Part shown: one piece after another, positions 46,362 to 56,981 of the stretch
Layout of the letters: the number at the start of each line of letters is the position of its first letter
How positions within the stretch are numbered: position 1 is the first letter of the stretch
Assembly (NCBI GenBank): GCA_028700155.1
Contig: JAQVTG010000005.1
Location: 1,207-65,206 of the forward strand
DNA length: 64,000 bases
Origin: Bacteroidales bacterium
Lineage (GTDB): Bacteria; Bacteroidota; Bacteroidia; Bacteroidales; UBA932
Direction of reading: 5' to 3'
Program-made: the position numbers and the translations under genes
Notes under the pieces: generated by a model
The model's input: the letters and a program-made list of their open reading frames with translations, nothing else
What the model was told of the DNA's origin: nothing
Database searches by the model: none

Positions 46362-48113
46362 ATGAAAACCAAAGGAAAAGTTACAGGTATCATTGCCAAC
46401 CTTGTTACCATTGAGGCGGACGGCCCTGTTTCCCAGAATGAGATCTGTTATATAGATCTCTCCGGCACAAAACTGATGGCCGAGGTGATCAAAGTTTCAG
46501 GAAAGGAGGCTTTCGTTCAGGTTTATGAAAGCACCCGGGGTCTTAAGCCGGGTGACACTGCCGAGTTTGAAGGTCATATGCTTGAAGTTCAGTTAGGTCC
46601 GGGATTACTCTCAAGCAGTTACGACGGACTTCAGAATAACCTTGAGACTATGGAGGGTGTTTTCCTGAGAAGAGGTGAGTACACTGCGCCTTTGGATTCA
46701 GAGAGATTATGGAAGTTTACGCCTCTGGCAAAAGCCGGAGATGAGGTGACTGCAGCTGATTGGCTTGGAGAGGTGAATGAAGGCTGGCTTCCTCATAAAA
46801 TAATGGTACCCTTTGTATTGAGTGAAAGGTACAGTGTCAAATCTGTCTCGCCGGAAGGAGAATACAGAATAAACGACACTATTGCCACAATTACAGACAA
46901 AACCGGAACCGACATCAACATCACCATGGTTCAGCGATGGCCCGTCAAAATTGCCGTGAGCGCCTACAGGGATAAACCGAGGCCTTACAGGTTTATGGAG
47001 ACAGGGGTAAGGTGCATCGACACCTTTAACCCTATTGCTGAGGGAGGAACGGGATTCATCCCGGGGCCGTTTGGCTGCGGAAAAACCGTGCTGCAGCATG
47101 CAATTTCAAAACAGGCGGAAGCTGACGTGATTATATTTGCAGCCTGCGGAGAGAGGGCAAATGAGGTAGTGGAGATATTTACAGAGTTTCCCAAACTCAT
47201 TGATGCCAGGAGCGGAAGGAAACTTATGGAGAGGACCACAATTATCTGCAACACTTCAAATATGCCTGTGGCTGCACGTGAGGCATCGGTATACACAGCA
47301 ATGACAATCGGAGAATATTACAGGTCTATGGGCATGAAGGTACTGCTTCTGGCAGACTCTACATCCAGATGGGCACAGGCTCTGCGGGAGATGTCAAACC
47401 GTATGGAGGAACTTCCAGGAGCTGATGCGTTTCCGATGGATTTGCCTGCAATCATATCAAATTTCTACTCAAGAGCGGGTATTGTAAATCTCAATAACGG
47501 CAGCACAGGATCTGTAACTTTTATAGGGACTGTGTCACCTGCCGGAGGAAATCTCAAAGAACCGGTAACCGAATCCACAAAAAAGGCGGCCAGATGTTTC
47601 TATGCTCTCTCCCAGAACAGGGCAGACAGGAAGAGATATCCGGCAGTTGATCCCATTGATTCCTATTCAAAATACCTGGAATACCCTGAGATAATTGAAG
47701 ATCTGAGTAACCGGGTAAACCACGACTGGGCTGAGAAGGTTATGCACGGCAAGAACCTTGTTCTCAGAGGAAAAGAGGCATATGAGCAGATAAACATTCT
47801 GGGAGATGACGGAGTGCCTGTGGAATATCATAAAAAATTCTGGAAATCAGAGCTTATCGACTTTACCATACTTCAGCAGGATGCCTTTGACAAGATAGAT
47901 GCAACAACACCTATGAAGAGGCAGGAGTTTATGTTCTCCCTCGTACTGGATATTTGCGACAAAGATTTTGAATTTGAAAATTTTGAGGAGTGCAGCGATT
48001 TTTATAAGAAGCTTATAAATATTCTGCGCCAGATGAACTACTCCGAATTTGAGGGAGAGGATTTCAACAGATATCTCGAACAACTTAATAATGAGATTAG
48101 CAATGGCAGGTAG
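46362..48113 (+). CDS. ntpA: V-type ATP synthase catalytic subunit A
   Basis: Walker A GPFGCGKTV, Walker B-region LLLADSTSRWAQALRE and the non-homologous-region insert typical of A subunits. Confidence 0.95.
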   Translation: MKTKGKVTGIIANLVTIEADGPVSQNEICYIDLSGTKLMAEVIKVSGKEAFVQVYESTRGLKPGDTAEFEGHMLEVQLGPGLLSSSYDGLQNNLETMEGVFLRRGEYTAPLDSERLWKFTPLAKAGDEVTAADWLGEVNEGWLPHKIMVPFVLSERYSVKSVSPEGEYRINDTIATITDKTGTDINITMVQRWPVKIAVSAYRDKPRPYRFMETGVRCIDTFNPIAEGGTGFIPGPFGCGKTVLQHAISKQAEADVIIFAACGERANEVVEIFTEFPKLIDARSGRKLMERTTIICNTSNMPVAAREASVYTAMTIGEYYRSMGMKVLLLADSTSRWAQALREMSNRMEELPGADAFPMDLPAIISNFYSRAGIVNLNNGSTGSVTFIGTVSPAGGNLKEPVTESTKKAARCFYALSQNRADRKRYPAVDPIDSYSKYLEYPEIIEDLSNRVNHDWAEKVMHGKNLVLRGKEAYEQINILGDDGVPVEYHKKFWKSELIDFTILQQDAFDKIDATTPMKRQEFMFSLVLDICDKDFEFENFEECSDFYKKLINILRQMNYSEFEGEDFNRYLEQLNNEISNGR

Positions 48114-49422
48114 AGCATTTCAGAAAATTTACACTCAGCTTGAGTCAATTACCAAAGCTACAATTTCCCTCAGGGCAAAAGGTGTGGCAAATGATGAACT
48201 TGCAACAGTGGCAGGACGTCTTGCACAGGTGGTTAAGATACGGGGAGATCTTGTTACCCTGCAGGTGTTTTCCGGCACGGAGAATATTGCAACAAATGCA
48301 GAGGTGGTTTTCTTTGGTGAACCTCCCGCACTTAATGTTAGTGATGATCTTGCAGGAAGATTTTTTAATGCATACGGGAACCCTATTGACAACGGTCCTG
48401 CCGTGGAGGGTGAAAGGAGGTACATTGGCGGCCCCTCTGTTAATCCCTTCAGAAGAAAACAACCATCTGAGCTGATCCCAACCGGTATAGCAGGAATTGA
48501 CCTTAACAACACACTCGTATCAGGACAGAAGATACCCTTCTTTGCAGACCCGGATCAGCCCTATAACCAGGTTATGGCACTTGTTGCAATGAGAGCCGAT
48601 GTGGATAAGATAATACTGGGCGGGATGGGTCTTACAAACGATGATTATCTCTTCTTTAAACAAAGTTTCGAGAACGCAGGTGCTTTGGGGAAAATTATAA
48701 GTTTTGTTAATACAACAGAACAGCCTCCTGTTGAAAGGCTGCTTATCCCGGATATGGCCCTGACCGCTGCAGAGTACTTTGCTGTTGATAAAAACGAGAA
48801 GGTTCTGGTTCTACTCACAGATATGACTCTATACGCAGATGCCCTGAGTATTGTGAGCAACCGTATGGATCAGATTCCGTCAAAAGATTCGATGCCGGGC
48901 TCACTCTACTCTGATCTTGCGAAGATATACGAGAAGGCTGTTCAGCTACCTGACGGAGGCTCCATCACCATCATTGCAGTGACAACATTGAGTGGCGGGG
49001 ACATTACTCACTCAATCCCCGATAACACCGGATACATAACAGAAGGTCAGCTCTTCCTAAGAAGGGACTCTGATACCGGCAAGGTGATTGTCGATCCTTT
49101 CCGCTCTCTGTCAAGGTTGAAACAGCTTGTTATCGGCAAAAAAACCAGAGAGGATCACAACCATGTAATGAACGCTGCTGTAAGGCTTTATGCCGATGCT
49201 GCAAACGCAAAGACAAAACTCGAGAATGGCTTTGATCTGAGTGACTATGACCTCAGATGTCTTGACTACGCAAAGGATTACTCTGTAAGACTCCTTTCCA
49301 TAGATGTAAATATTGACACCACCCAGATGTTAGACACTGCATGGGAGCTCTTCAGAAAATACTTTACCGTTGATGAGCTTGGTATAAAAGATACCATAAT
49401 GAACAAATACTGGAAAGCTTAG
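48103..49422 (+). CDS. ntpB: V-type ATP synthase subunit B
   Basis: MAGRAFQKIYTQLESITKATISL..; the B-type core has no canonical P-loop (LLTDMTLYADALSIVS, PGSLYSDLAKIYE). The ATG at 48103 overlaps the end of ntpA by 11 nt. The ORF-track start at 48049 is unlikely. Confidence 0.9.
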   Translation: MAGRAFQKIYTQLESITKATISLRAKGVANDELATVAGRLAQVVKIRGDLVTLQVFSGTENIATNAEVVFFGEPPALNVSDDLAGRFFNAYGNPIDNGPAVEGERRYIGGPSVNPFRRKQPSELIPTGIAGIDLNNTLVSGQKIPFFADPDQPYNQVMALVAMRADVDKIILGGMGLTNDDYLFFKQSFENAGALGKIISFVNTTEQPPVERLLIPDMALTAAEYFAVDKNEKVLVLLTDMTLYADALSIVSNRMDQIPSKDSMPGSLYSDLAKIYEKAVQLPDGGSITIIAVTTLSGGDITHSIPDNTGYITEGQLFLRRDSDTGKVIVDPFRSLSRLKQLVIGKKTREDHNHVMNAAVRLYADAANAKTKLENGFDLSDYDLRCLDYAKDYSVRLLSIDVNIDTTQMLDTAWELFRKYFTVDELGIKDTIMNKYWKA

Positions 49423-49428
49423 AATACA

Positions 49429-50031
49429 ATGGCAATAAAATTTCAGTTCAATAAGACATCACTCAACGACCTTAACAAGCAGCTCAAGGTGAGAATCAAT
49501 GCACTGCCTACGCTTAAAAACAAGGAGTCGGCACTGAGATTTGAGGTGAAAAAAGCTAAGAGCCGGTCAGAAGAGATTAAAAAAAGGCTCTCTGAGATGA
49601 TTGTGTCATACGAATACACCTCAAGACTGTGGAACGAGTTCAGGCCGGGACTTATCTCCATAAAAAACATTGAACTGGAGATTGTAAAAGTGGCGGGTGT
49701 TAAGACCCCTTCTCTTAAAGATATTGAATATGAGATCGCTTCTTATAATTTATTTTCTTCACCATCATGGTACTCCGACGGAATCTTTATTCTAAAGGAG
49801 TTGTCGCGGTTGGGGATTGAATCTGAAATTTATATGGAAAAGATGAGGCTGCTTGACTACTCAAGAAAGAAGACTACCCAGAAGGTAAATCTTTATGAGA
49901 AGGTACAGATTCCGGGTTATCAGGAGGCCATTCTTAAAATCAAAAGGTTTATGGAGGATGAGGAGAATCTCTCCAAGGCCTCACAAAAGATAGTAAAGAA
50001 CAGACATCTGGCAGAGGAGGTTCTTGTATGA
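49429..50031 (+). CDS. ntpD: V-type ATP synthase subunit D (central stalk)
   Basis: A 200-aa coiled-coil protein positioned after B, with the LNDLNKQLKVRINALPTLKNKE pattern. Confidence 0.8.
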   Translation: MAIKFQFNKTSLNDLNKQLKVRINALPTLKNKESALRFEVKKAKSRSEEIKKRLSEMIVSYEYTSRLWNEFRPGLISIKNIELEIVKVAGVKTPSLKDIEYEIASYNLFSSPSWYSDGIFILKELSRLGIESEIYMEKMRLLDYSRKKTTQKVNLYEKVQIPGYQEAILKIKRFMEDEENLSKASQKIVKNRHLAEEVLV

Positions 50032-51824
50032 TAGTAAAAATGAACAAATACTCCATGATGATCTTCTATCAGGAGCTTGAGAGTTTCCTGTCAGAGGTTC
50101 AGAAACTTGGTATGATTGACATATCCAGAGTGGATAAACCCCTTGACTCCCATTCCAAAGAGCTCAGTGAGCTCATAAGGAGATTCAACAAGGCAGCTAA
50201 GGCTCTTGAAAAATTTACAGAACCCGGAGTTGATAAATTTCCTGTTTCTTCTGTTGATAAAAATCAGACCTCCCTGGAGGAAAAGCTGATTATTTGCGAA
50301 GAGAGCCTGGAGAATCTCACAAAGCTGGAAGCAGACCTTGCTCAGACAGAGAGGGATATATTAGATTTTAGCCCGTGGGGAGACTACGACCAGAAAGACC
50401 TTGATAAAATCAAAGCCCTGGGATATGAACCACGTTTCTTTTCTGTCAGTGAGTCAAAATACCTAGAAGAGTGGCAGGATCAGTATGTACTGCACCTGTT
50501 AAACAGGGTAAACGGAAAATGTTATTTTATTATACTCTCCTCTCCCGGAGAAGATTTTTACTTCCCTCATCCCGAAAGTAAATTTCCCCATACCCCGCTT
50601 CACACTCTAAGAGATAAACTTGATGAGATCAGAGCTTCGACAGAACATAACACAAGTCAACTAAAAGAGCTGACACTATTTGCCCCTGAGTTCAGAGTCA
50701 GAGCATCTCTGACAGGTGCCGACCTGGATCGCTATCTTGCGGCAGCATCTTCTCCCAGGGAGGTAGAGGGAAAGGTGGCGCTGATCACAGGATTTGCCCC
50801 CCGTGAGAACTCTGCTGATGTTGAGAAGTTTCTTGAGAATTCGGGAATATACTATGTATGCGAAGAGGCTTCTACCTCTGACAACCCACCGATAAAACTC
50901 AAAAACAACTTCTTTTCCAGATTGTTCGAGCCGATTGGAGAGTTATATATGCTTCCCAGATATGGAGAACTGGATCTCACCCCCTTCTTTGCACCCTTTT
51001 ATATGCTCTTCTTTGGATTCTGCCTTGGAGATATGGGGTACGGTGTCACATTGTTGCTGCTTGGCGGACTTGCCAAATACAGATTCAAAAGCATGAAATC
51101 TTACCTGACACTCTTGCAGTTCATGGGTGCGGGGGCGATAGTCATGGCAGCCTTTTCAGGAGTCTTTTACGGAACAAAGATTTACGAAGTATTTTCACTT
51201 CCGGATTCCATAAATTCTCTCTTCTTTTCGGACATAAAGATGTTCTGGTTTGCTATCATTTTCGGTCTGGTACATATTATAGCTGCAAGGCTGATCTCTG
51301 CAATATATGCAATCAAGACAAAAGGCATTCAGCACGGACTGGGAAACATCGGATGGATACTGGTGATAATATGGGCTTCATTTGCCTATGCAAAGTCTAT
51401 GGTTGATGGACTTACACTTCCAGGATGGTTCAACTACTTTGGGATAGGCGGTGCTGCACTGATTCTCTTTTTCTCCGCTACAGAAGGGAATCTTATTGTA
51501 AGACTGTTCAAAGGAACAGCATCCTTCTACGACATTACCGGAATATTCGGAGATATGCTTTCATATATAAGACTTTTTGGACTGGGAACGTCCGGAGGTA
51601 TCCTGGGAATGGTAGTCAACTCTGTAGCAATTGATATGTTGGGGATTCCCTATGTGGGATGGTTGTTTACCGGAATTATGCTGATTGTGGGACATTTTGC
51701 AGTGCTGATGCTCTCCTCGCTGGGAGCCTTCGTACACCCGATGCGTCTTACATTCGTTGAGTTCTACAAAAATGCAGGTTTCTCCGGCGGAGGCAGAGCA
51801 TTCAGACCGCTAAAAAAACAGTGA
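50028..51824 (+). CDS. ntpI: V-type ATP synthase subunit I (a-type stator)
   Basis: A 598-aa protein with an N-terminal soluble coiled-coil half and a C-terminal polytopic half with the conserved Arg region (SYIRLFGLG). It forms an ATGA overlap with ntpD. Confidence 0.88.
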   Translation: MIVKMNKYSMMIFYQELESFLSEVQKLGMIDISRVDKPLDSHSKELSELIRRFNKAAKALEKFTEPGVDKFPVSSVDKNQTSLEEKLIICEESLENLTKLEADLAQTERDILDFSPWGDYDQKDLDKIKALGYEPRFFSVSESKYLEEWQDQYVLHLLNRVNGKCYFIILSSPGEDFYFPHPESKFPHTPLHTLRDKLDEIRASTEHNTSQLKELTLFAPEFRVRASLTGADLDRYLAAASSPREVEGKVALITGFAPRENSADVEKFLENSGIYYVCEEASTSDNPPIKLKNNFFSRLFEPIGELYMLPRYGELDLTPFFAPFYMLFFGFCLGDMGYGVTLLLLGGLAKYRFKSMKSYLTLLQFMGAGAIVMAAFSGVFYGTKIYEVFSLPDSINSLFFSDIKMFWFAIIFGLVHIIAARLISAIYAIKTKGIQHGLGNIGWILVIIWASFAYAKSMVDGLTLPGWFNYFGIGGAALILFFSATEGNLIVRLFKGTASFYDITGIFGDMLSYIRLFGLGTSGGILGMVVNSVAIDMLGIPYVGWLFTGIMLIVGHFAVLMLSSLGAFVHPMRLTFVEFYKNAGFSGGGRAFRPLKKQ

Positions 51825-51872
51825 TCCGTACATTGAATCAAAAAATAGAAAAGTTTATATAAAAAGAAATAA

Positions 51873-52355
<483 letters not shown>

Positions 52356-52374
52356 TTGAATTAATCAGAATATT

Positions 52375-52408
52375 GGGTGTTAGGGTAAAAATTATTACCT
52401 TGACACCC
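52375..52408 (+). terminator. Possible imperfect terminator hairpin after ntpK
   Basis: GGGTGT..GGTAA...TTACC..ACACCC has an internal mismatch bubble and only a weak T-tract (ATATTTATT). Confidence 0.35.
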
Positions 52409-52443
52409 ATATTTATTACAATGCTTATATAAATAAGTTTAAG

Positions 52444-53838
52444 ATGACATTAATCAGATCAATATCGGGGATAAGAGGTACCATAGGCGGAAGACCTGGA
52501 GAGGGACTCACCCCTTTGGATATTGTCAGATATACAACAGCATTTGCATTTTTGCTCAGAGAGAAACCTCCTGTAGACTGCAGATACCGGGTGGTAGTGG
52601 CCAGGGACGCAAGGGTCTCGGGACCGGTATGCAGCAGTCTGGTTACAGGAACACTCATATCCTGCGGGATTGATGTGATTGATGCAGGCATGGCCTCCAC
52701 TCCTACCGCAGAGATGGCAGTAATCTTTGAGAAGGCTGACGGAGGTATTATTCTTACTGCATCCCATAATCCGGGAGAGTGGAACGCTCTCAAACTTTTG
52801 GGAAGCAATGGAGAATTCATAAGTGCATCTCAGGGAGAACGTCTCCTGGAGACAGCTGCCCTTGAGGATCGTTTTCAATATGCCGGGGTAGAATCTCTGG
52901 GAAAGGTTGTCAGTAAAGATTTCGGGATGTCTCATATAGGAGCAGTCATGAGTTACCCGCTCACTGATGCAGAAAATATCTACCGGTCAGGTATGAAAGT
53001 GGTTGTAGATGGAGTAAATTCTGTCGGAGGAGTAATAATTCCGGTTCTTCTGGAACAGATGGGGATTAACTGTATAAAAATCAACTGTGAACCCAATGGC
53101 CTTTTTGCCCATAATCCGGAACCGCTGGTTGAACATCTTACAGAATTATCAGAAGCTGTAAAGATCCACAAGGCAGATCTGGGCATTGCCGTGGATCCTG
53201 ATGTGGACCGTCTTGCTCTCTTTTGTGAGGATGGCACTCCGTTCGGAGAGGAGTACACACTTGTAGCTGCTGCAGATTATGTGCTATCCAGAAGGCCGGG
53301 AAACACTGTCTCCAACCTCTCCTCCACAAGGGCTTTGAGAGATATAACCGAATCGTCGGGAGGCAGATACTATGCCTCCGCAGTCGGGGAGGTGAATGTT
53401 GTGGAGATGATGAAGAGTGTATCGGCTGTTATCGGAGGAGAAGGAAACGGAGGTGTTATCGTTCCTGATCTTCACTACGGCAGGGATGCACTTATAGGTG
53501 TAGCCCTCATTCTCAGTTCCCTGTCAGAAAAAGGTTGTAAGGCCAGCACACTAAGAGACAGTTTTCCCAGGTACCACATCTCCAAAAAGCGATTTGAGTT
53601 GCCTGATATTGAAACTTCCGGGAATATATTAAGTTACCTTAAGGAAAAATTCAGAGATGAGAAGATCACTGATATTGATGGTGTTAAAATTGAATTTGAG
53701 AGTGAAAGGAGCTGGATACACATCAGAAGATCAAACACAGAACCAATAATCAGGATCTACTCAGAAGCCCCTGACCGGGAAAAGGCCGGGACACTCGGGA
53801 GTGATATTATCAGATTAATCAGAGAGAGAATCAAATAA
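52444..53838 (+). CDS. glmM: Phosphoglucosamine mutase (alpha-D-phosphohexomutase family)
   Basis: SGIRGTIGG, phosphoserine loop TASHNPGEWNALK, metal loop AVDPDVDR, GGEGNGG, and C-terminal IRRSNTEP. Confidence 0.8.
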   Translation: MTLIRSISGIRGTIGGRPGEGLTPLDIVRYTTAFAFLLREKPPVDCRYRVVVARDARVSGPVCSSLVTGTLISCGIDVIDAGMASTPTAEMAVIFEKADGGIILTASHNPGEWNALKLLGSNGEFISASQGERLLETAALEDRFQYAGVESLGKVVSKDFGMSHIGAVMSYPLTDAENIYRSGMKVVVDGVNSVGGVIIPVLLEQMGINCIKINCEPNGLFAHNPEPLVEHLTELSEAVKIHKADLGIAVDPDVDRLALFCEDGTPFGEEYTLVAAADYVLSRRPGNTVSNLSSTRALRDITESSGGRYYASAVGEVNVVEMMKSVSAVIGGEGNGGVIVPDLHYGRDALIGVALILSSLSEKGCKASTLRDSFPRYHISKKRFELPDIETSGNILSYLKEKFRDEKITDIDGVKIEFESERSWIHIRRSNTEPIIRIYSEAPDREKAGTLGSDIIRLIRERIK

Positions 53839-53851
53839 TAATTGATAAAGT

Positions 53852-55087
53852 ATGTTTTCATTCAGAACAACTCCATTACTTGAACAGACAGATACAATTC
53901 TCAGAAGCGGACGCCTGGGACTTTTCTGCAACCAGACAAGCTGGCATCCGGAAAACGGGGAGTATCTGTATGAAACCCTCTTTAACAAAGGATTGCTTAA
54001 GAGGGTGTTTGTTCCGGAAGAGGGACTTTTTGGTGAGTACTCAGAGTTCAAATTAAAGGATAACGAATTTCCTTACAATAATATATGCTTGAACAAATGT
54101 GGATTTGAGTCCCTTTACAAAATTGCGGCAGATTCTGTAATTATCAATTCAGATAAGCTTAAAGACCTTGATGGACTGATAATTGATCTACAGGATACAG
54201 GTGTCAGGTACAGCCGGTTCAACTCTGTATTGTCTGCCCTTTTTCTCACTCTTAAAAAGAGGAACATTAACCTCTCCGTTTACATCATCGACAGATTGAA
54301 TCCACTTGGACGGCAGGTTGAAGGGACCATGCTCAGAAAGGAGTACCAATCCTCTTCCGGAGTTGAAGGTATTCCTCACAGGCACGGTCTGACACTGGGA
54401 GAACTTGCCAACCTTTTGTACAACGAGCAGAATGACAAGTTCCCGCTGCATATTATATCCAGCAATGCAGAGCTTGTTTCAAAATCTCTTTTACCCTGGA
54501 GTATACCTCCTGACAACGATATGCCAGGCCTTTTCTCTCCTTTTTTCTATGCAGGGCAGTATCTGTGGTGTGTAACCAACGTAAGTGGGGGAAGAGGGAC
54601 ACTAAGACCTTTTGAACAGTTCGGGGCACCTTTTATGTCATCGCTTACAGATTACAATATCAGAAATGGATTCAGGAACTGGAATGATCCCGGACACCCT
54701 CTCTACGATCCGGCTGTATATATAAGATGGCAGAGATTTATCCCTTCTTCCGGAAAGTATAAGGGTGAACTTTGCTTTGGTTTTCAGCTGCATCCTGTTC
54801 CCGGTGTACAATACCATTCACTGGCACACAATTTGCGGATTATGCGGTTCACAGTTGAAAACTGCAGGGAATTCTCCTTTGCCCCAATAGCCACAGGTGA
54901 ATCTGTAAAAGGGACAAAGAGAGGTGCGGCAGAACTTATCCTTGGAGATAAAATACTTCTGGATTACACTCAGGGGAAGTTAGATTGGATTGAAGCAAAG
55001 GAGCACATTAAGGTTGAGGAGCAGAAGTGGATAAGAAAAGCCAGAAAATTTCTTTTGTATGATGATCAACTGTTCAGATGCAAATAG
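53852..55087 (+). CDS. DUF1343 family protein (NamZ-like exo-beta-N-acetylmuramidase candidate)
   Basis: A 411-aa protein with LFCNQTSW near the N-terminus and DLQDTGVRYSRF (DxQDvG.R.yT-type DUF1343 motif). Confidence 0.6.
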   Translation: MFSFRTTPLLEQTDTILRSGRLGLFCNQTSWHPENGEYLYETLFNKGLLKRVFVPEEGLFGEYSEFKLKDNEFPYNNICLNKCGFESLYKIAADSVIINSDKLKDLDGLIIDLQDTGVRYSRFNSVLSALFLTLKKRNINLSVYIIDRLNPLGRQVEGTMLRKEYQSSSGVEGIPHRHGLTLGELANLLYNEQNDKFPLHIISSNAELVSKSLLPWSIPPDNDMPGLFSPFFYAGQYLWCVTNVSGGRGTLRPFEQFGAPFMSSLTDYNIRNGFRNWNDPGHPLYDPAVYIRWQRFIPSSGKYKGELCFGFQLHPVPGVQYHSLAHNLRIMRFTVENCREFSFAPIATGESVKGTKRGAAELILGDKILLDYTQGKLDWIEAKEHIKVEEQKWIRKARKFLLYDDQLFRCK

Positions 55088-55101
55088 TTAATTGATTAGA
55101 T

Positions 55102-55857
55102 ATGGCAAATCCGGTATTGAGTGAAAGTATATTTAGAAAAACCCAAGCAACAGAGAGTTACAGCCTGAGTATGAGTGTAAAAGGAACAGCAACCAAAGCT
55201 CTTATTATGGTTATTATGGTTCTGGCCGGAGCTCTCTATACCTGGAAGATCGCATTCCAGAGCATTGATCCTGCTGCAGTCAAACCATGGATGTGGGGAG
55301 GTGCCATAGGCGGTTTTGTGCTGGCTCTGATAATAAGTTTTAAACCGGTATGGGCACAGTATCTGGCGCCACTGTATGCCGTGCTTCAGGGGCTCTTTCT
55401 TGGAGCAATATCAGGAATCTACAGCCAGGCTTTCGTACAACAGGCCCCCGGTATAGTGATGAATGCCACTCTGCTTACAATAATCACATCTGTTGTTATG
55501 CTTCTGGTGTACCGGATGCGGATAATCAGGGTAAACGGCAACTTCATAAGAGTAATTACAATAGCAACCGGTGCAATAGGATTATACTATCTTGTCTCGA
55601 TTCTTCTGGGACTCTTTGGAGTGAATATTACCATGCTGCATGACAGTTCACCGCTGAGCATAGGCATAAGCCTTGTTATTGTGGCTGTGGCAGCATTCAG
55701 TCTTCTGGCTGATTTCCATTTTATTGAGAACGCATCAGCCTCAGGAGCTCCAAAATATATGGAGTGGTATGGTGCCTTTGGCTTAACGGTTACGATTATC
55801 TGGCTCTATCTGGAGATACTGAGGTTGCTTGCCAAATTTGCAGGCAGCCGTGATTAA
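55102..55857 (+). CDS. Bax inhibitor-1/YccA-like integral membrane protein
   Basis: A 251-aa protein with about 7 TM helices, N-terminus MANPVLS and a C-terminal charged tail. The family is assigned by recall. Confidence 0.6.
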   Translation: MANPVLSESIFRKTQATESYSLSMSVKGTATKALIMVIMVLAGALYTWKIAFQSIDPAAVKPWMWGGAIGGFVLALIISFKPVWAQYLAPLYAVLQGLFLGAISGIYSQAFVQQAPGIVMNATLLTIITSVVMLLVYRMRIIRVNGNFIRVITIATGAIGLYYLVSILLGLFGVNITMLHDSSPLSIGISLVIVAVAAFSLLADFHFIENASASGAPKYMEWYGAFGLTVTIIWLYLEILRLLAKFAGSRD

Positions 55858-55881
55858 TTTTGGCTGTTAATAAATATTTTG

Positions 55882-55889
55882 TACTTTTG
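55882..55889 (+). promoter_or_regulatory. -7 promoter box (TACTTTTG) for rpmE
   Basis: Matches TAnnTTTG, 25 nt upstream of the ATG at 55915. Confidence 0.5.
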
Positions 55890-55914
55890 CAACCCCATAA
55901 TAATTTTAAAAGAG

Positions 55915-56166
55915 ATGAAAAAAGGAATACATCCCGAAAACTACCGCCTTGTAGCTTTCAAGGATATGTCAAATGACCATATGTTTATCACAAGGTCATG
56001 CGCAAACACAAAAGATACTATTGTTCATGAAGGAGTTGAATACCCTCTGATAAAAGTGGAAATATCAAACACTTCACACCCCTTCTATACCGGTAAGATG
56101 AAACTTGTGGACACAGCTGGACGCGTTGACAGGTTCCTGAACAGATACAAAAATATTAAGAAGTAA
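55915..56166 (+). CDS. rpmE: 50S ribosomal protein L31, type B (no Zn ribbon)
   Basis: MKKGIHPENY...HPFYTGK..LVDTAGRVDRF..RY. There is only one Cys, so it lacks the CxxC pairs. The ATG at 55915 is preferred over the ORF-track start at 55879. Confidence 0.9.
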   Translation: MKKGIHPENYRLVAFKDMSNDHMFITRSCANTKDTIVHEGVEYPLIKVEISNTSHPFYTGKMKLVDTAGRVDRFLNRYKNIKK

Positions 56167-56187
56167 TTTTAAGGGAACTGGCTTAAT

Positions 56188-56215
56188 ACAGGCTGTCTGT
56201 GATCAGACAGCCTGT
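56188..56215 (+). terminator. Rho-independent terminator after rpmE
   Basis: A perfect 12-bp stem (ACAGGCTGTCTG, loop tgat, CAGACAGCCTGT) followed by TTGCTTT. Confidence 0.75.
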
Positions 56216-56253
56216 TTGCTTTAAGATATTAACAGCTATCATATTATCTGATT

Positions 56254-56970
56254 ATGACTGATCAAAGCGGAGGTAAATGTATAAAAGAGCTGGCAGAGAG
56301 GTATAACAATCCGGTTTTCTTTCAAAATGACCCTGTTTTGTTTCCAAGACACTTTTTTGAGTTATTTCTTAAGGGTAAGGCTACTCTGCAGGATGTGGAG
56401 ATAGCCGGAATTGTAGCCTCATATCTTGCGTGGGGAAGAAGAGAGCTCATCATCAGGGACTGCAGAAGAGCATTTGATGAAATGGGTTGGCAACCTTATG
56501 ATTATGTAAGGAAAGGTCTCTATAAAAGTGAGGCACAAAGTCTCCACAGAACCATAAAGTGGAGCGATTTTGCAAGGATCTGTTCAAATCTAAGGGAGTA
56601 CTATTCCAGATGTACAACTCTGGAAAAAGCAGATGTCACGAGCATCAGGGAGAGGATATTCGGCCAGAAAGCCGATCCCCGTGCAACAAACAAAAAGATT
56701 CATTTATTTCTCAGGTGGATGGTACGCAATGATGGGATCGTTGATCTGGGAATATGGAGAGAGACAAGTCCTGCAGATCTTATAATACCTATGGATGTTC
56801 ATGTCCACAGAAGTGCTCTTATGCTCGGGATAACAAAGAGGAAGAGCAACGATATTATAACCGCTGTTGAGATAACAAAATATCTTTCAAAACTGTTTCC
56901 CGGTGATCCCTGCAAAGGAGATTACGCCCTCTTTGCCCATGCTGTTTCAAATATTAAAATTAATCGTTAA
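56254..56970 (+). CDS. TIGR02757 / DUF2400 family protein (function unknown)
   Basis: A 238-aa protein with motifs LAWGRRE, LFLRWMVR and PMDVHVHR, matching my recollection of DUF2400. Confidence 0.55.
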   Translation: MTDQSGGKCIKELAERYNNPVFFQNDPVLFPRHFFELFLKGKATLQDVEIAGIVASYLAWGRRELIIRDCRRAFDEMGWQPYDYVRKGLYKSEAQSLHRTIKWSDFARICSNLREYYSRCTTLEKADVTSIRERIFGQKADPRATNKKIHLFLRWMVRNDGIVDLGIWRETSPADLIIPMDVHVHRSALMLGITKRKSNDIITAVEITKYLSKLFPGDPCKGDYALFAHAVSNIKINR

Positions 56971-56981
56971 ATTTGGCAGAT

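Noticed and set aside
52425-52935. Two overlapping minus-strand ORFs (131 and 158 aa) at the start of glmM
   Set aside because: glmM is supported by the phosphohexomutase motifs. The antisense ORFs overlap each other in different frames and lack motifs.
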